The position numbers and the translations under genes are program-made. DNA of 64,000 nucleotides from Alphaproteobacteria bacterium (GTDB taxonomy: Bacteria; Pseudomonadota; Alphaproteobacteria; UBA2966), in NCBI GenBank assembly GCA_964291395.2, contig OZ219856.1:1440001-1504000 (forward strand). Direction: 5' to 3'. Each line of letters opens with the position of its first letter. Within the stretch, counting starts at the first letter, position 1. Shown here piece after piece: positions 45,223 through 54,838 of the stretch. The notes below the pieces were generated by a model. The model worked only from the letters and a program-made list of their open reading frames with translations. It did no database searches and was not told where the DNA came from.

Positions 45223-47637
45223 TCAGGCAGGGGCTTCAACCGCTTCGCCGCACGCGTCGCGGACCGCCTTCCAGACCCGCTCCGGCGTCAGCGGCATGTC
45301 GATGTGACGGACGCCGAACTCCGACAGCGCATCCACGACCGCGTTGACCACCGCGGCCGGCGCGCCGATGGTCCCACTCTCGCCAACGCCCTTGGCACCG
45401 AGCGGGTTGTCCGCGCACAAGGTCTCCTGGAACTCGGTCCCGATGGACGGCAGATCGTCCGCCCGTGGCATCGCGTAGTCCATAAACGACCCGGTCAACA
45501 ACTGACCGTCCTCATCGAAGACGCAATGCTCAAGAATGGCCTGGCCAATGCCCTGAGCGACGCCCCCCTGGATCTGGCCCTCGACCACCATGGGGTTGAC
45601 GACGCGTCCGACATCGTCGACCGACCAGTAGTCCCGCAATCCGACGGTACCGTCGGTCGGGTCCACCAGAGCGACACAAAGATGGATTCCGGAAGACGTG
45701 GCACGGCCTGGCGGATCATAGAACGCGGTTTCTTCCAGCCCGGGCTCCAGGTCTTCCGGGTAGTCGTCGAGGCGATAAGCGGCCCGGGCGACATCCGCGA
45801 ACCCGACGCTCAGATTGGTGCCCGCGATCGTATACCGGCCCGACTCGAAGACGACGTCCCCGGCATCGCACTCCATGAGATGCGCGGCGATCTTCAGACC
45901 CTTCCTGATCACCTTGTCGACGGCGTGCGTGACGGCCATCCCGACCGTCAGCAGGGTGCGTGAACCGAACGTTCCGAGGCCGAAGGGGGTACGATCGGTA
46001 TCTCCCTCGACGATCTCGACCGAGCCGATGTCACAGCCCAGCATCTCCGCGACGATCTGCGCGAACGTGGTGGCATGACCCTGGCCATGGGAATGCCCGC
46101 CGCAAAACGCCGTGACCTTGCCGCTCGGATGGACACGCACCGAGGCTGAATCGTATCCGGGCACGCGCCGGCCGGCCTTGGACGAGATTCGGCTCGACGG
46201 CCCGCCCGTCGATTCCACGACGCCCGAGAGTCCGATCCCCATGCGCAATCCGTCATCACGGCCTCTGCACTGCTCCTCCAGCAACCTGCCGTATCCGGCA
46301 ACGTCCTTGAGCATCCGGAGCAAGCCCGGATAGTCACCCGAGTCGTAGTGCCGGCCGATGGCGTTGGTGAAGGGAAACCGGCCGGGAGGGACGACGTTCT
46401 TCGCCCGAAGTTCCAGCGGATCCATCATCAAGTCGCGGGCCGCCGTATCCATCAGCCGTTCCAACGTGAACGCGGCTTCCGGCTGTCCGGCACCGCGATA
46501 GGCATCCACCGGCGTCGTGTTGGAATAGATGCCGCGAACCCGGCAGCGGGCGGTCGGAACATCGTAAAGTCCGGTGACGTGCGGCGGGTAGAAAGCGCCG
46601 GGTATGCCGGCGCCCATCCCGCTGAGATAGGCGCCGACGTTCGCGATCGTGTCGACGTCGAGCGCCAGTATCCTGCCCTCTCCGTCGAAGGCCATGGCGC
46701 ACCGCGTGACATGGTCCCGCGCGTACGTGTCGACGGCGAAGTGATCGGACCGCGTGGCGGTCCAGCGGACGGGCCGCCCGAGCGTCCGGGAGGCCCACAG
46801 GATGGTTGCCTCTTCCGGGTAGTGATAGATCTTCTGGCCGAATCCCCCGCCGACATCCGGGGAGACGATGCGGACCTTGTGCTCCGGCACCTTGAGAGAA
46901 TTGTCGGCGATCCACTGGCGCAGGAGGTGGGGATTCTGGCTCTGCGCCCAAAGGGTGTAGGAGGCGTCGCCCCGGCGGTAGTCGCCGATCAGGGCGCGCG
47001 GTTCCATCGGCGCCGGCGCGATGCGGTTGTTGACTATGTCGAGGCGGGCCACATGAGGGGCCTCTTCCAATACCTTCGCCACGCCGTCGGGATCGCCGAG
47101 ATCGATCTCGAACACCAGATTCGACCCGATCTCCGGATGAACCAGAGGCGCATGGGATTCGACCGCGGCGGCCGTGTCCGCGATGGCGGGCAGCGGTTCG
47201 TAGGTCACATCCAGCGCCTCGGCAGCGTCCCGCGCCTCGGGCAGCGTTTCCGCGACGACGGCGGCGACCGTGTCGCCGACGTGACGGACCTTGTCCAGGG
47301 CCAGCGCGGGCCGGGTGATTTCATTCATGCGCCGCCCGTCCGAGAAGTCGACCCGCCAGAGGCAGGGGAGATCGCCGAAACCTTCTTCTTCCCAGTCCCG
47401 TCCCGTCAGCAGCAGAAGCACACCGGGCATTCCTTCCACGGAGTCCCTGGCGATGTCGACAATCTTCGCGTGGGCGTGAGGGCTTCGGACGAAAACGGCG
47501 TGGGCGGCGTTCGGAAAGCCATTGTCGTCGACATAATTTCCCTGTCCCATGAGGAATCGATGGTCCTCGACGCGCTTCACGGGCCGGCCGATGTACGCGG
47601 GATCATCTCCGATGTTGACTTGGACAGTGTCTGACAA
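45223..47637 (-). CDS. Xanthine dehydrogenase family Mo-binding large subunit (CoxL/CutL-like, not form I CODH)
   Basis: [46 protein letters not shown]. Confidence 0.9.
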   Translation of the reverse strand: MSDTVQVNIGDDPAYIGRPVKRVEDHRFLMGQGNYVDDNGFPNAAHAVFVRSPHAHAKIVDIARDSVEGMPGVLLLLTGRDWEEEGFGDLPCLWRVDFSDGRRMNEITRPALALDKVRHVGDTVAAVVAETLPEARDAAEALDVTYEPLPAIADTAAAVESHAPLVHPEIGSNLVFEIDLGDPDGVAKVLEEAPHVARLDIVNNRIAPAPMEPRALIGDYRRGDASYTLWAQSQNPHLLRQWIADNSLKVPEHKVRIVSPDVGGGFGQKIYHYPEEATILWASRTLGRPVRWTATRSDHFAVDTYARDHVTRCAMAFDGEGRILALDVDTIANVGAYLSGMGAGIPGAFYPPHVTGLYDVPTARCRVRGIYSNTTPVDAYRGAGQPEAAFTLERLMDTAARDLMMDPLELRAKNVVPPGRFPFTNAIGRHYDSGDYPGLLRMLKDVAGYGRLLEEQCRGRDDGLRMGIGLSGVVESTGGPSSRISSKAGRRVPGYDSASVRVHPSGKVTAFCGGHSHGQGHATTFAQIVAEMLGCDIGSVEIVEGDTDRTPFGLGTFGSRTLLTVGMAVTHAVDKVIRKGLKIAAHLMECDAGDVVFESGRYTIAGTNLSVGFADVARAAYRLDDYPEDLEPGLEETAFYDPPGRATSSGIHLCVALVDPTDGTVGLRDYWSVDDVGRVVNPMVVEGQIQGGVAQGIGQAILEHCVFDEDGQLLTGSFMDYAMPRADDLPSIGTEFQETLCADNPLGAKGVGESGTIGAPAAVVNAVVDALSEFGVRHIDMPLTPERVWKAVRDACGEAVEAPA

Positions 47638-47650
47638 CGTCCGTTTCCTT

Positions 47651-49162
47651 TCAGGCCGCCACGGCACCGGCCCCCTCTCCAGTCAGAATGGCCGCCGCCG
47701 CGTCCTCGACCACCGTCCCCTCGAAGAAATTCGGGTTCATCCCACCATGCAACTTCACCGGATTCGTGAACGTGAATTCCCGGAAATCGTCTTCCGAGAT
47801 CAAATCCTTCCCGACCAGTTCGTGGGCTTCTTTCAGGACCTCCTTCATGTCGGGAACATCCCAGTGCCCGATGTCCGAGCCGAGCACCGGTTTGAGCTTG
47901 GTGCCGAAGGGCAGCGCCTTCTCCGAGAAGGCCATGGAGGTCATGGGGTCGTCCGCCTCGCAGCCGAAATAGAACGGCTTCGCGAAGCGGTCGAGGATGT
48001 CCTCGGCCCTGGTGATGCCGGCCGCGGCGAAGTCGTCGAGGAGGGCGAGGTCGGCGTCGCTGGCCTGCCCTTCCATGATCGTCGGATCGATGCTCCAGGC
48101 GGCGTAGCCGAGCGACGCCCGGGCTGCGCCGGGGGAACCTTCCAGACGGCCCTTGAACCTGTCGCCCCCGTACCGGTCGAAGAGGTTGCCCAGCGCGGCG
48201 CGATCGATCGCGGACGGATCGAACAGCGTGACGGCCGCTCCGTTCCGCTTCTCCCAGCAGCTCACGAGGCTTGCCAGAAGATCGCAAGCCCAGCCGACGC
48301 CGCCCTCCAGGATGCCGAAGTTGAGGTCAGGAAAACGACGAGTGACCCCTCCGAAAAACAGGGCCTTGGCGAACGCCTGCCCGGCTTCCGCGAAGTGGCC
48401 GATCTGGTTGTACATGTAGTTGGTCGTGGAGCGCCGGGTTCCGGTGCCCATGGCGAAGGTATGCGCCGTCGGCGCGATGCCCAGCTCCACGCACCTGGAC
48501 CAGAACGGATCGTAGTCGTACTCGCTGTCGAGACCGAGAGAGTCGAGCCAGGAAGCGAAGGCGGACGCCTCCGATCCGGCCGCCGCGGCGACGGGACGAT
48601 GGACGAGACTGGCGATCATGGCGACCTTCAGGCCCAGCTCGTCGACCGCGTACTCCAGCTCCTTAATCGCCTCTTCGGGCGTGTTCGTGGGAATGCAGGC
48701 CGCGGGGGCGATGCGATCCGCGTGGGCACCGAAGATGTCCGCCACCATGGCGTTGTAGGCCCGGCATACCGCGGGCCGGACCTCGTCGTCCGGTTCCGAC
48801 GGAAGGTAGAAACCCAGGGTCGGGTACACGATCGTGAAATCGAACCCGAATTCGTCAAGACGCTCCCTCAACAGCGCGGGCAGCATGGCGGTGGCGCGAT
48901 CCAACGTATGGCGCGTGGGATTGGCGAAAAAAGGCGGCCGCGCGATGCGCCTCCGCCGCCGCTCCTCGGGAGATACGGCGTGCCACGCCGTGTCGTCACT
49001 GGCCTTCAAACGATCCGCGAAACGGGCCGCCATTTCGCTGCCCGCGATGTCCCTTACGAAGTCGAGGAGGACGGGATAGCACTCCAGCATATGGCCATCG
49101 ACATCGATGACCGGATGGTCGAGCGCGACGCGGATGTCTGCCGCGTTCCGCGATGAGGTCAT
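47651..49162 (-). CDS. Amidohydrolase family protein (Amidohydro_2-like)
   Basis: IDVDGH, YDPFW, RRFPDLNFGILEGG, FGCEADD, GSDIGHWD. Confidence 0.85.
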   Translation of the reverse strand: MTSSRNAADIRVALDHPVIDVDGHMLECYPVLLDFVRDIAGSEMAARFADRLKASDDTAWHAVSPEERRRRRIARPPFFANPTRHTLDRATAMLPALLRERLDEFGFDFTIVYPTLGFYLPSEPDDEVRPAVCRAYNAMVADIFGAHADRIAPAACIPTNTPEEAIKELEYAVDELGLKVAMIASLVHRPVAAAAGSEASAFASWLDSLGLDSEYDYDPFWSRCVELGIAPTAHTFAMGTGTRRSTTNYMYNQIGHFAEAGQAFAKALFFGGVTRRFPDLNFGILEGGVGWACDLLASLVSCWEKRNGAAVTLFDPSAIDRAALGNLFDRYGGDRFKGRLEGSPGAARASLGYAAWSIDPTIMEGQASDADLALLDDFAAAGITRAEDILDRFAKPFYFGCEADDPMTSMAFSEKALPFGTKLKPVLGSDIGHWDVPDMKEVLKEAHELVGKDLISEDDFREFTFTNPVKLHGGMNPNFFEGTVVEDAAAAILTGEGAGAVAA

Positions 49163-49194
49163 GCCGCCAGCCCTTCCCCTGCGCCCATCAGCGA

Positions 49195-49797
49195 TCACGT
49201 GTCGAACGACGCGACCAACGCCGCGAGGCGGTCCCCGGCGCCCGTCAGGATGGATACGCCGTCTCCCACGAGAAGGGTGTCGAAATCGAGGTCCAGCAAC
49301 GCGCGAACGTTTTCCTGCAGGCGCCGGTAATCATCCACCACGCGATCCGGCGGCAGGGCGCACGCGCCGGGCGGGTTGCCGATCACCGTATCGCCGACGA
49401 TCAGAGTTCGTCTCTCCGGCCAGTAGAACGCCACTTCCCCGGGTGATTTGCCGGACGCGTCAATGACCTCCAGCGGGCCGATGGTGTCTCCAATTACCAA
49501 GTCTTCGTCGATCTCGGCTCCCTCGCCTTGCGCGTGCGCGGCGTCATTTCGGTGAATTGCCGTCGGCGCCCTCGTCCTGCCGCGGACCTTGTTCGCGGCA
49601 CGTGAGTGGTTCCGGTTGGTGAGCAGAACGCGGGCGACACCCTCGGCGGCGATCTCCTCAAGCGTCGAATGGTCGAGTTCGGCGGGGTCGATGCACAGGT
49701 TGCCGTCCGAATGTCGAATCAGATGGCCGTTGAAATCATATCCATGAGGTTCCGAAAACCAGGTCCAGGTAAGCACGTCTTCGACGATTTCGCGCAT
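49195..49797 (-). CDS. MBL-fold metallo-hydrolase-like protein (degenerate metal motif)
   Basis: IDP, LTNRNHSR, GKSPGE, VGD, LLVGDG. Confidence 0.75.
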   Translation of the reverse strand: MREIVEDVLTWTWFSEPHGYDFNGHLIRHSDGNLCIDPAELDHSTLEEIAAEGVARVLLTNRNHSRAANKVRGRTRAPTAIHRNDAAHAQGEGAEIDEDLVIGDTIGPLEVIDASGKSPGEVAFYWPERRTLIVGDTVIGNPPGACALPPDRVVDDYRRLQENVRALLDLDFDTLLVGDGVSILTGAGDRLAALVASFDT

Positions 49798-49827
49798 GTC
49801 ATCCTCCCATCGCGCAGGCGGTCCGCC

Positions 49828-50262
49828 TCACTTCAACCGATGCAGAAACTCCAGAAAGACCGCTTTCTCCTCCTCGGACAGAGGCGAGAGGGTCTCTCTG
49901 CTGATGCGCTCTCCGACCGGGATGACGCGGTCCACCAACGTTGTCCCTTCCGGCGTCAGGCGCCAAAGAACGCGGCGACGGTTCTCGGGATCCTGTTGGC
50001 GTGCGATGAGGGATCTTTCCTCGAGGCGGGATACCACCCCGTTAATGGTCGCCGGGTCCGTGGCAATCAGGCGCCCCAGATGGTTTTGGGTAACGTTTCC
50101 GAGGTCACGGATTTTGACGAGGGCAGCGTATTGAACGGGAGTCAGGCCGTCTTTCCCGATCAGACCGGTGAAGATTGCACTGGCCCGCTGATGCGCCCGG
50201 CGCAGCAGGTGACCGACCTGCTCCTCGAGGACGTAGTCGTCTTCCGGGACCTTTTTGTTCAC
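49828..50262 (-). CDS. MarR family regulator (NicR-like)
   Basis: EQVGHLLRRAHQR, LTPVQYAAL, QNHLGR, DPENRR..LT; next to pncA in a nicotinate-type cluster. Confidence 0.88.
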   Translation of the reverse strand: MNKKVPEDDYVLEEQVGHLLRRAHQRASAIFTGLIGKDGLTPVQYAALVKIRDLGNVTQNHLGRLIATDPATINGVVSRLEERSLIARQQDPENRRRVLWRLTPEGTTLVDRVIPVGERISRETLSPLSEEEKAVFLEFLHRLK

Positions 50263-50282
50263 CCCGGTTCTCTGTCCTCGGC

Positions 50283-50924
50283 TCAGCCGGCCAGTTCCCG
50301 ACTATCGATTCGCTCCACCCCCGCATCCGTCATCTGCCGCCAGGCCGCTTCCACGGAACCTTCGAGGTCGATGCCGCGGCAGGCATCGTCGATCACGATG
50401 ATCTCGAATCCTTCCCTGCGGCCATCGAGCGCCGAATAAGCGACGCAGTAGTCCGTCGCCAGCCCCGCCATGAACAATCGTTCGAAACCGCGGTCGCGGA
50501 GGTACCCGGCGAGTCCGGTGGACGTGCTGCGGTCGTTCTCGAACAGGGCGGAATACGAGTCGATAGTCCGTCGATAACCTTTCCGGATCACGAGTTCCGC
50601 CGAATCGACGTTCAGGCCGGCGTGGAATTCCGCCCCGGACGTGCCTTGAACGCAGTGATTCGGCCAAAGGACCTGTGGGCCGTAGTCGACCTGGATTACT
50701 TCGAAAGGATTGCGTCCCTCGTGCATGGAGGCGAACGAGATGTGATCGATCGGATGCCAGTCCTGAGTCAGCAGCACGTGGCGAAACCGCTCCATCAGTC
50801 CATTGATCGGTGCCACGACTTCGTCACCGTTCGGGACCTCCAGTGCACCGCCCGGGCAGAAGTCGTTCTGGACGTCGATGACGACCAGGGCGTCGGTATC
50901 ATGATTGATCGTGGGTGTCGTCAT
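50283..50924 (-). CDS. pncA: Nicotinamidase/pyrazinamidase
   Basis: IDVQNDFCPGGAL, QDWHP..H, WPNHCVQ, RKG, DSYS, GLATDYCV. Confidence 0.95.
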   Translation of the reverse strand: MTTPTINHDTDALVVIDVQNDFCPGGALEVPNGDEVVAPINGLMERFRHVLLTQDWHPIDHISFASMHEGRNPFEVIQVDYGPQVLWPNHCVQGTSGAEFHAGLNVDSAELVIRKGYRRTIDSYSALFENDRSTSTGLAGYLRDRGFERLFMAGLATDYCVAYSALDGRREGFEIIVIDDACRGIDLEGSVEAAWRQMTDAGVERIDSRELAG

Positions 50925-51396
50925 GCTCCGGACTCGCCTTTCCCGTGACCGACTCCACGGCTTCGATGATTTTCTTATAGCCGGTGCAGCGGCACAGATT
51001 CCCCTTGATGGCCTCCACGATTTCCGACCGCGTCGGTTTTGGGTTCTCTTCCAGCAACGCCGTCGCCGTCATGAGGAATCCCGGCGTGCAGTAACCGCAT
51101 TGCACGGCGCCGTGGGTGAGAAAAGCCTGTTGCAGGGGACTCAGCCGCCCGTCCCCTTCCAGACCCTCCACGGTCCTGATTTCTCGACCGTCCGCCTGGG
51201 GCGCGAGCAGCAGGCAGGAGCTCACGGGTCGGTCGTCGAGCAAGACCGTGCAGGCGCCACACACGCCCATGCTGCAGTCCTTGTGCGTGCCCGTCAGGCC
51301 CAACCGCTCGCGGAGGATACCGACGACGGTTTCGGTCGGCTCGACCGACAGCGAGTGCGGCCGGCCGTTGACGTTCAGGGTGACGTCCACCGTCAT
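50899..51396 (-). CDS. Molybdo-hydroxylase small [2Fe-2S] subunit (CoxS-like)
   Basis: CSMGVCGACTV, QCGYCTPG, NLCRCTGY. Confidence 0.93.
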   Translation of the reverse strand: MTVDVTLNVNGRPHSLSVEPTETVVGILRERLGLTGTHKDCSMGVCGACTVLLDDRPVSSCLLLAPQADGREIRTVEGLEGDGRLSPLQQAFLTHGAVQCGYCTPGFLMTATALLEENPKPTRSEIVEAIKGNLCRCTGYKKIIEAVESVTGKASPEHDDTHDQS

Positions 51397-52286
51397 CGGA
51401 TCAGGACCCCCTCCCCCTCCCAAGTTCCGGAGAACGCCTTCATCACGGTGCGCCGCAGCGTCACCGCTGCGACGTGGCGCTTGTAGTCGGCCGAATAGAG
51501 ATGGTCCTCGATCGGCTCCATTACGGCGAAAAGCCTTTCGCGCACTCGGTCAAATACCTCGTCGGAAGGGCTGACGTCCGTAAGCATCTCCTCCAACGCT
51601 TCCGAATAGACGGGCGTTTGCCCAACGCCTCCCAAGCCGAGCGAGATCTCTTCGATGCGTCCGTTGCCGGCTCCTCGGACCAGGCGGACCGCAGCGCTGA
51701 TCGTGGAGGTATAGTCCATGGCCTTGCGCGCGGCGTATTTCCCGAAGGCGGTGACCGACCCGGGTTTCATCGGCGGGATCAGGATCTCCTGCAGCAACTC
51801 GTCATCGCGAAGGGCGGTCTCGTAGAGGTCGACGAAGAACTCACGCACGGGAATATCACGCCTGCCGTCGGGACCCACGGCCCGCATGATCGCATCGAGA
51901 GCGAGCATGGCGATCGGGGGGTCGCCCTGCGGATCGGCCAAACATATGTTTCCGCCGATGGTTCCCTTGTTCATGATCCGGCCGCAGGCAATCTCGGCCG
52001 CCATCTCCGACATCATGGGGAAGGCCTCCGCGACGGTCTCCGACTCCGCCACTTCCCGGTGAGTGACGGCGGCGCCGATTCGAACCGTTCCATCGGACAA
52101 CCGGTCGATGCCGTGCAGGGCGTCAATCCGCGAGACATCGACGAGCCAACTCGGCTCGACGAGCTTTTCGTTCATCAGGATGACCAGCGCGACGCCGCCC
52201 GCGACGATGTGCGCCTCTCCCTTCGCCGCGACCAGGGCTTCGACGGCTTCGGCCGTGGTGCGAGCCGCGGTGTACCGGCAGCTCAT
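51393..52286 (-). CDS. Molybdo-hydroxylase FAD-binding medium subunit (CoxM-like)
   Basis: IVAGG, NKGTIGGN..ADPQGD, SADYK. Confidence 0.9.
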   Translation of the reverse strand: MSCRYTAARTTAEAVEALVAAKGEAHIVAGGVALVILMNEKLVEPSWLVDVSRIDALHGIDRLSDGTVRIGAAVTHREVAESETVAEAFPMMSEMAAEIACGRIMNKGTIGGNICLADPQGDPPIAMLALDAIMRAVGPDGRRDIPVREFFVDLYETALRDDELLQEILIPPMKPGSVTAFGKYAARKAMDYTSTISAAVRLVRGAGNGRIEEISLGLGGVGQTPVYSEALEEMLTDVSPSDEVFDRVRERLFAVMEPIEDHLYSADYKRHVAAVTLRRTVMKAFSGTWEGEGVLIR

Positions 52287-54688
52287 GCGCCGTTTCCGTT
52301 CAGGAGACCGAGCACGTATTCGGCATCCATCGGCAGGCGGCTGGGACGTGCGTCCACGGCATCGGCGACCGCGCTCGCCATGGCCGCGGGTATCGGGATC
52401 AGGCTCACTTCGGCGACACCCTTGGCGCCGTAGGGTCCGGTGCGATCATGGGTGTCGACGAAGATACTCTCGATCTCCTGCGTGACGTCCTTGGCGCCGG
52501 GCAGCAAATAGTCCCGATAGTGGGGATTCATGATGTAACCGTCCTGGCGCACCACGCGTTCCCACAGCGCCTGACCGACCCCCATGGCAACACCGCCCTC
52601 GATCTGCCCTTCGGCACCCGTCGGATTGACGATCGTGCCGGCGTCATGGGCGCACCAGGCTTTCAGAAGATCGGTCGTGCCCAACTCCGTGTCCACCTCG
52701 ATCTCGACCAAGTGGGTCGCGAAGACGTAGGTGGGATAGGGATTGCCTTCGAAGGTCAGGATATTCACGGCAATGTCGGGATCGAACTTGCCGTAGCCGC
52801 CGATTCCATCGATGTCGTCGCCGATCAGACGGCAGGCCTCCTCGAAGGTCATGCGTTCGTTGCGGACGATGACCGAATCTTCCTGCAACCGCACTTCTTC
52901 CCGCGGTGCATGGAGCTTGTTCGCGACGGCCGTCTCGAACTGCTGCTTGAAGTCCTGGCCGGCGATGTGCGCCGCATTGCCCGAGAAGTACGTCGTGCGG
53001 GATGCCGAGGTCGGTCCCGAATCGTCGGTTTTCGTCGAGTCGCCGCTGACCACCCGGATGCGGTCTACGGCGATACCTGCGGACTCCGCGGCCACCATGG
53101 CAAGCGAGGTGTCGGACCCCGTGCCGATATCGGGTGTCCCGCAGAAGGCGGTCACCGTGCCGTCAGCCTCGGCGCGGACGCGCGCCGTCGACGGGTTGCG
53201 GACTCCACTGTAGCCGATTCCATAGCCCAGGCAGGCGATTCCGAGGCCGCGCCGCCGCGTGCCGTTCGATTGACCCGCAAGGTCCTTCTGTCGTTGTTCG
53301 TAGATCGGTTCGATGGCGTCGAGCGATTCGAGGAGGCCGACGTCCGTCAGGGTTTGGCCCGTGCTCGTGCGATCGCCATCGACCAAACCGTTGATGCGGC
53401 GAATCTCGATCGGGCTCATGCCCAACTTGTCGGCCAATTCATTGAGCTGGCATTCCATCGCAAATGCCACCTTGACCACGCCGAAGCTCCGCATGGCGCC
53501 GCTCGGCGCGTGATTTGTGAAGACGGCCGTGTGGCGCACCCTGAGGTTCGGGATGCGGTAGGGCATGCCGGCATGGATCACGCAACGGCCGCTGCAGATC
53601 ATGCTGTAGGAACGGTAGGCCCCGCCGTCAAAAAGATTGCGGACGTCGAGCGCCGTGATACGGCCGTCCTTCGTGGCCCCCAGGCGCTGATGGATCTTCA
53701 TGGCGTGGCGCTTGGTCGTCGCCGTGAAGACCTCCTCGCGGGTGAAGACTATCTTGACCGGCCGGCCGGTCTTGAGGGTCAGCAACGCCGAGGCGCACTC
53801 AACGGTGTTGTCCATCTTGCCGCCGAAAGCACCGCCCACCACCGTCTGGACGACCCGCACCCGCTCCATGGGACGGCCCGTGACCCGGGCAAGCTGCTTG
53901 TGGTGATAGTGAGGGTATTGCGTGCAGACCAGCACGGTCAGCACGTCGTCCGAGTCTACGAAGGCGACGCCGGCTGGCGTCTCCAGGAAACAATGGTCAA
54001 CGGGCTCGGTCTCAAAATCGTTCTCCAGGATGATGTCCGCTTCCGCGAAGCCGATTTCGATGTCGCCCTGGCTATGATGCAGGTCGGTGATGACGTTGCC
54101 GTCTTCGGGATCGATCCCGACGGTACCCTCGGCCAACGCCTGTTCCGGCGTGGTGACCGTCTCCAACGGCTCGTAGTCGACCTCGACAAGCAGGCACGCC
54201 GCCTCCGCCTGCTGTTCGGTCTCCGCGACGATCGCAACGATCGGTTCCCCGGCAAAGCGCACCTTGTCCCGGGCCAGGATCGGCGTGTCGTCCGAAATCG
54301 GACCGACCAGGAGGCGATCGTCGGGAATTTCCGCAGCAGTCAAAATGCCTTTGACGCCCGGTGCCGTCTCGGCCTTGGAGATATCGATCTTCAGGATTCG
54401 GGCGTGAGGGTATTGGCTGCGGACGAATCGTCCGTAGAGCATGCCCTCCATCTCGATGTTGCCCGCGTAACGGGCTCGGCCGCGCACCTTGTACAAGGCA
54501 TCGTTGCGCGGAATCCGCATGCCGATGGTCCGCGGATCGACATCGACATCCGTTCCTCGGTCCGCGCGCTCCTGCTCCACCGTATCCCGAACAAGGCGGT
54601 GGTATTCCGCCTGCCAGCGCGCCTGCTCCTCGACGGTTCCGAGCGCAAACTTTTCGCCTTCCGGCTCTTTCCAGTCTCCGACGGTCAA
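52283..54688 (-). CDS. Molybdo-hydroxylase Mo-binding large subunit
   Basis: RSQYPHA, VGGAFGGK, GAMRSFG, SASRTT, QIEGG, GAKGVAE; L-M-S operon. Confidence 0.92.
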   Translation of the reverse strand: MTVGDWKEPEGEKFALGTVEEQARWQAEYHRLVRDTVEQERADRGTDVDVDPRTIGMRIPRNDALYKVRGRARYAGNIEMEGMLYGRFVRSQYPHARILKIDISKAETAPGVKGILTAAEIPDDRLLVGPISDDTPILARDKVRFAGEPIVAIVAETEQQAEAACLLVEVDYEPLETVTTPEQALAEGTVGIDPEDGNVITDLHHSQGDIEIGFAEADIILENDFETEPVDHCFLETPAGVAFVDSDDVLTVLVCTQYPHYHHKQLARVTGRPMERVRVVQTVVGGAFGGKMDNTVECASALLTLKTGRPVKIVFTREEVFTATTKRHAMKIHQRLGATKDGRITALDVRNLFDGGAYRSYSMICSGRCVIHAGMPYRIPNLRVRHTAVFTNHAPSGAMRSFGVVKVAFAMECQLNELADKLGMSPIEIRRINGLVDGDRTSTGQTLTDVGLLESLDAIEPIYEQRQKDLAGQSNGTRRRGLGIACLGYGIGYSGVRNPSTARVRAEADGTVTAFCGTPDIGTGSDTSLAMVAAESAGIAVDRIRVVSGDSTKTDDSGPTSASRTTYFSGNAAHIAGQDFKQQFETAVANKLHAPREEVRLQEDSVIVRNERMTFEEACRLIGDDIDGIGGYGKFDPDIAVNILTFEGNPYPTYVFATHLVEIEVDTELGTTDLLKAWCAHDAGTIVNPTGAEGQIEGGVAMGVGQALWERVVRQDGYIMNPHYRDYLLPGAKDVTQEIESIFVDTHDRTGPYGAKGVAEVSLIPIPAAMASAVADAVDARPSRLPMDAEYVLGLLNGNGA

Positions 54689-54838
54689 ACGATCACCTCC
54701 CCGGACGGATTATCGCGCTGCGCAAAACACAATACACCCCCTTCAGGGAGGGAGAAGAAAATAGCCGTGCATTCGCTCCCATCTCCCGACAAGGGAAGGT
54801 TGGACGGGGCCGCACCATGCTGCATCGCATCCACCGCC

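Noticed and set aside
45223-47637. Aerobic CO dehydrogenase call
   Set aside because: Lacks the Cu-binding AYRCSFR motif and cox accessory genes
40889-54688. Selenocysteine recoding in the nicotinate-dehydrogenase-like genes
   Set aside because: No in-frame TGA interrupts any of these ORFs
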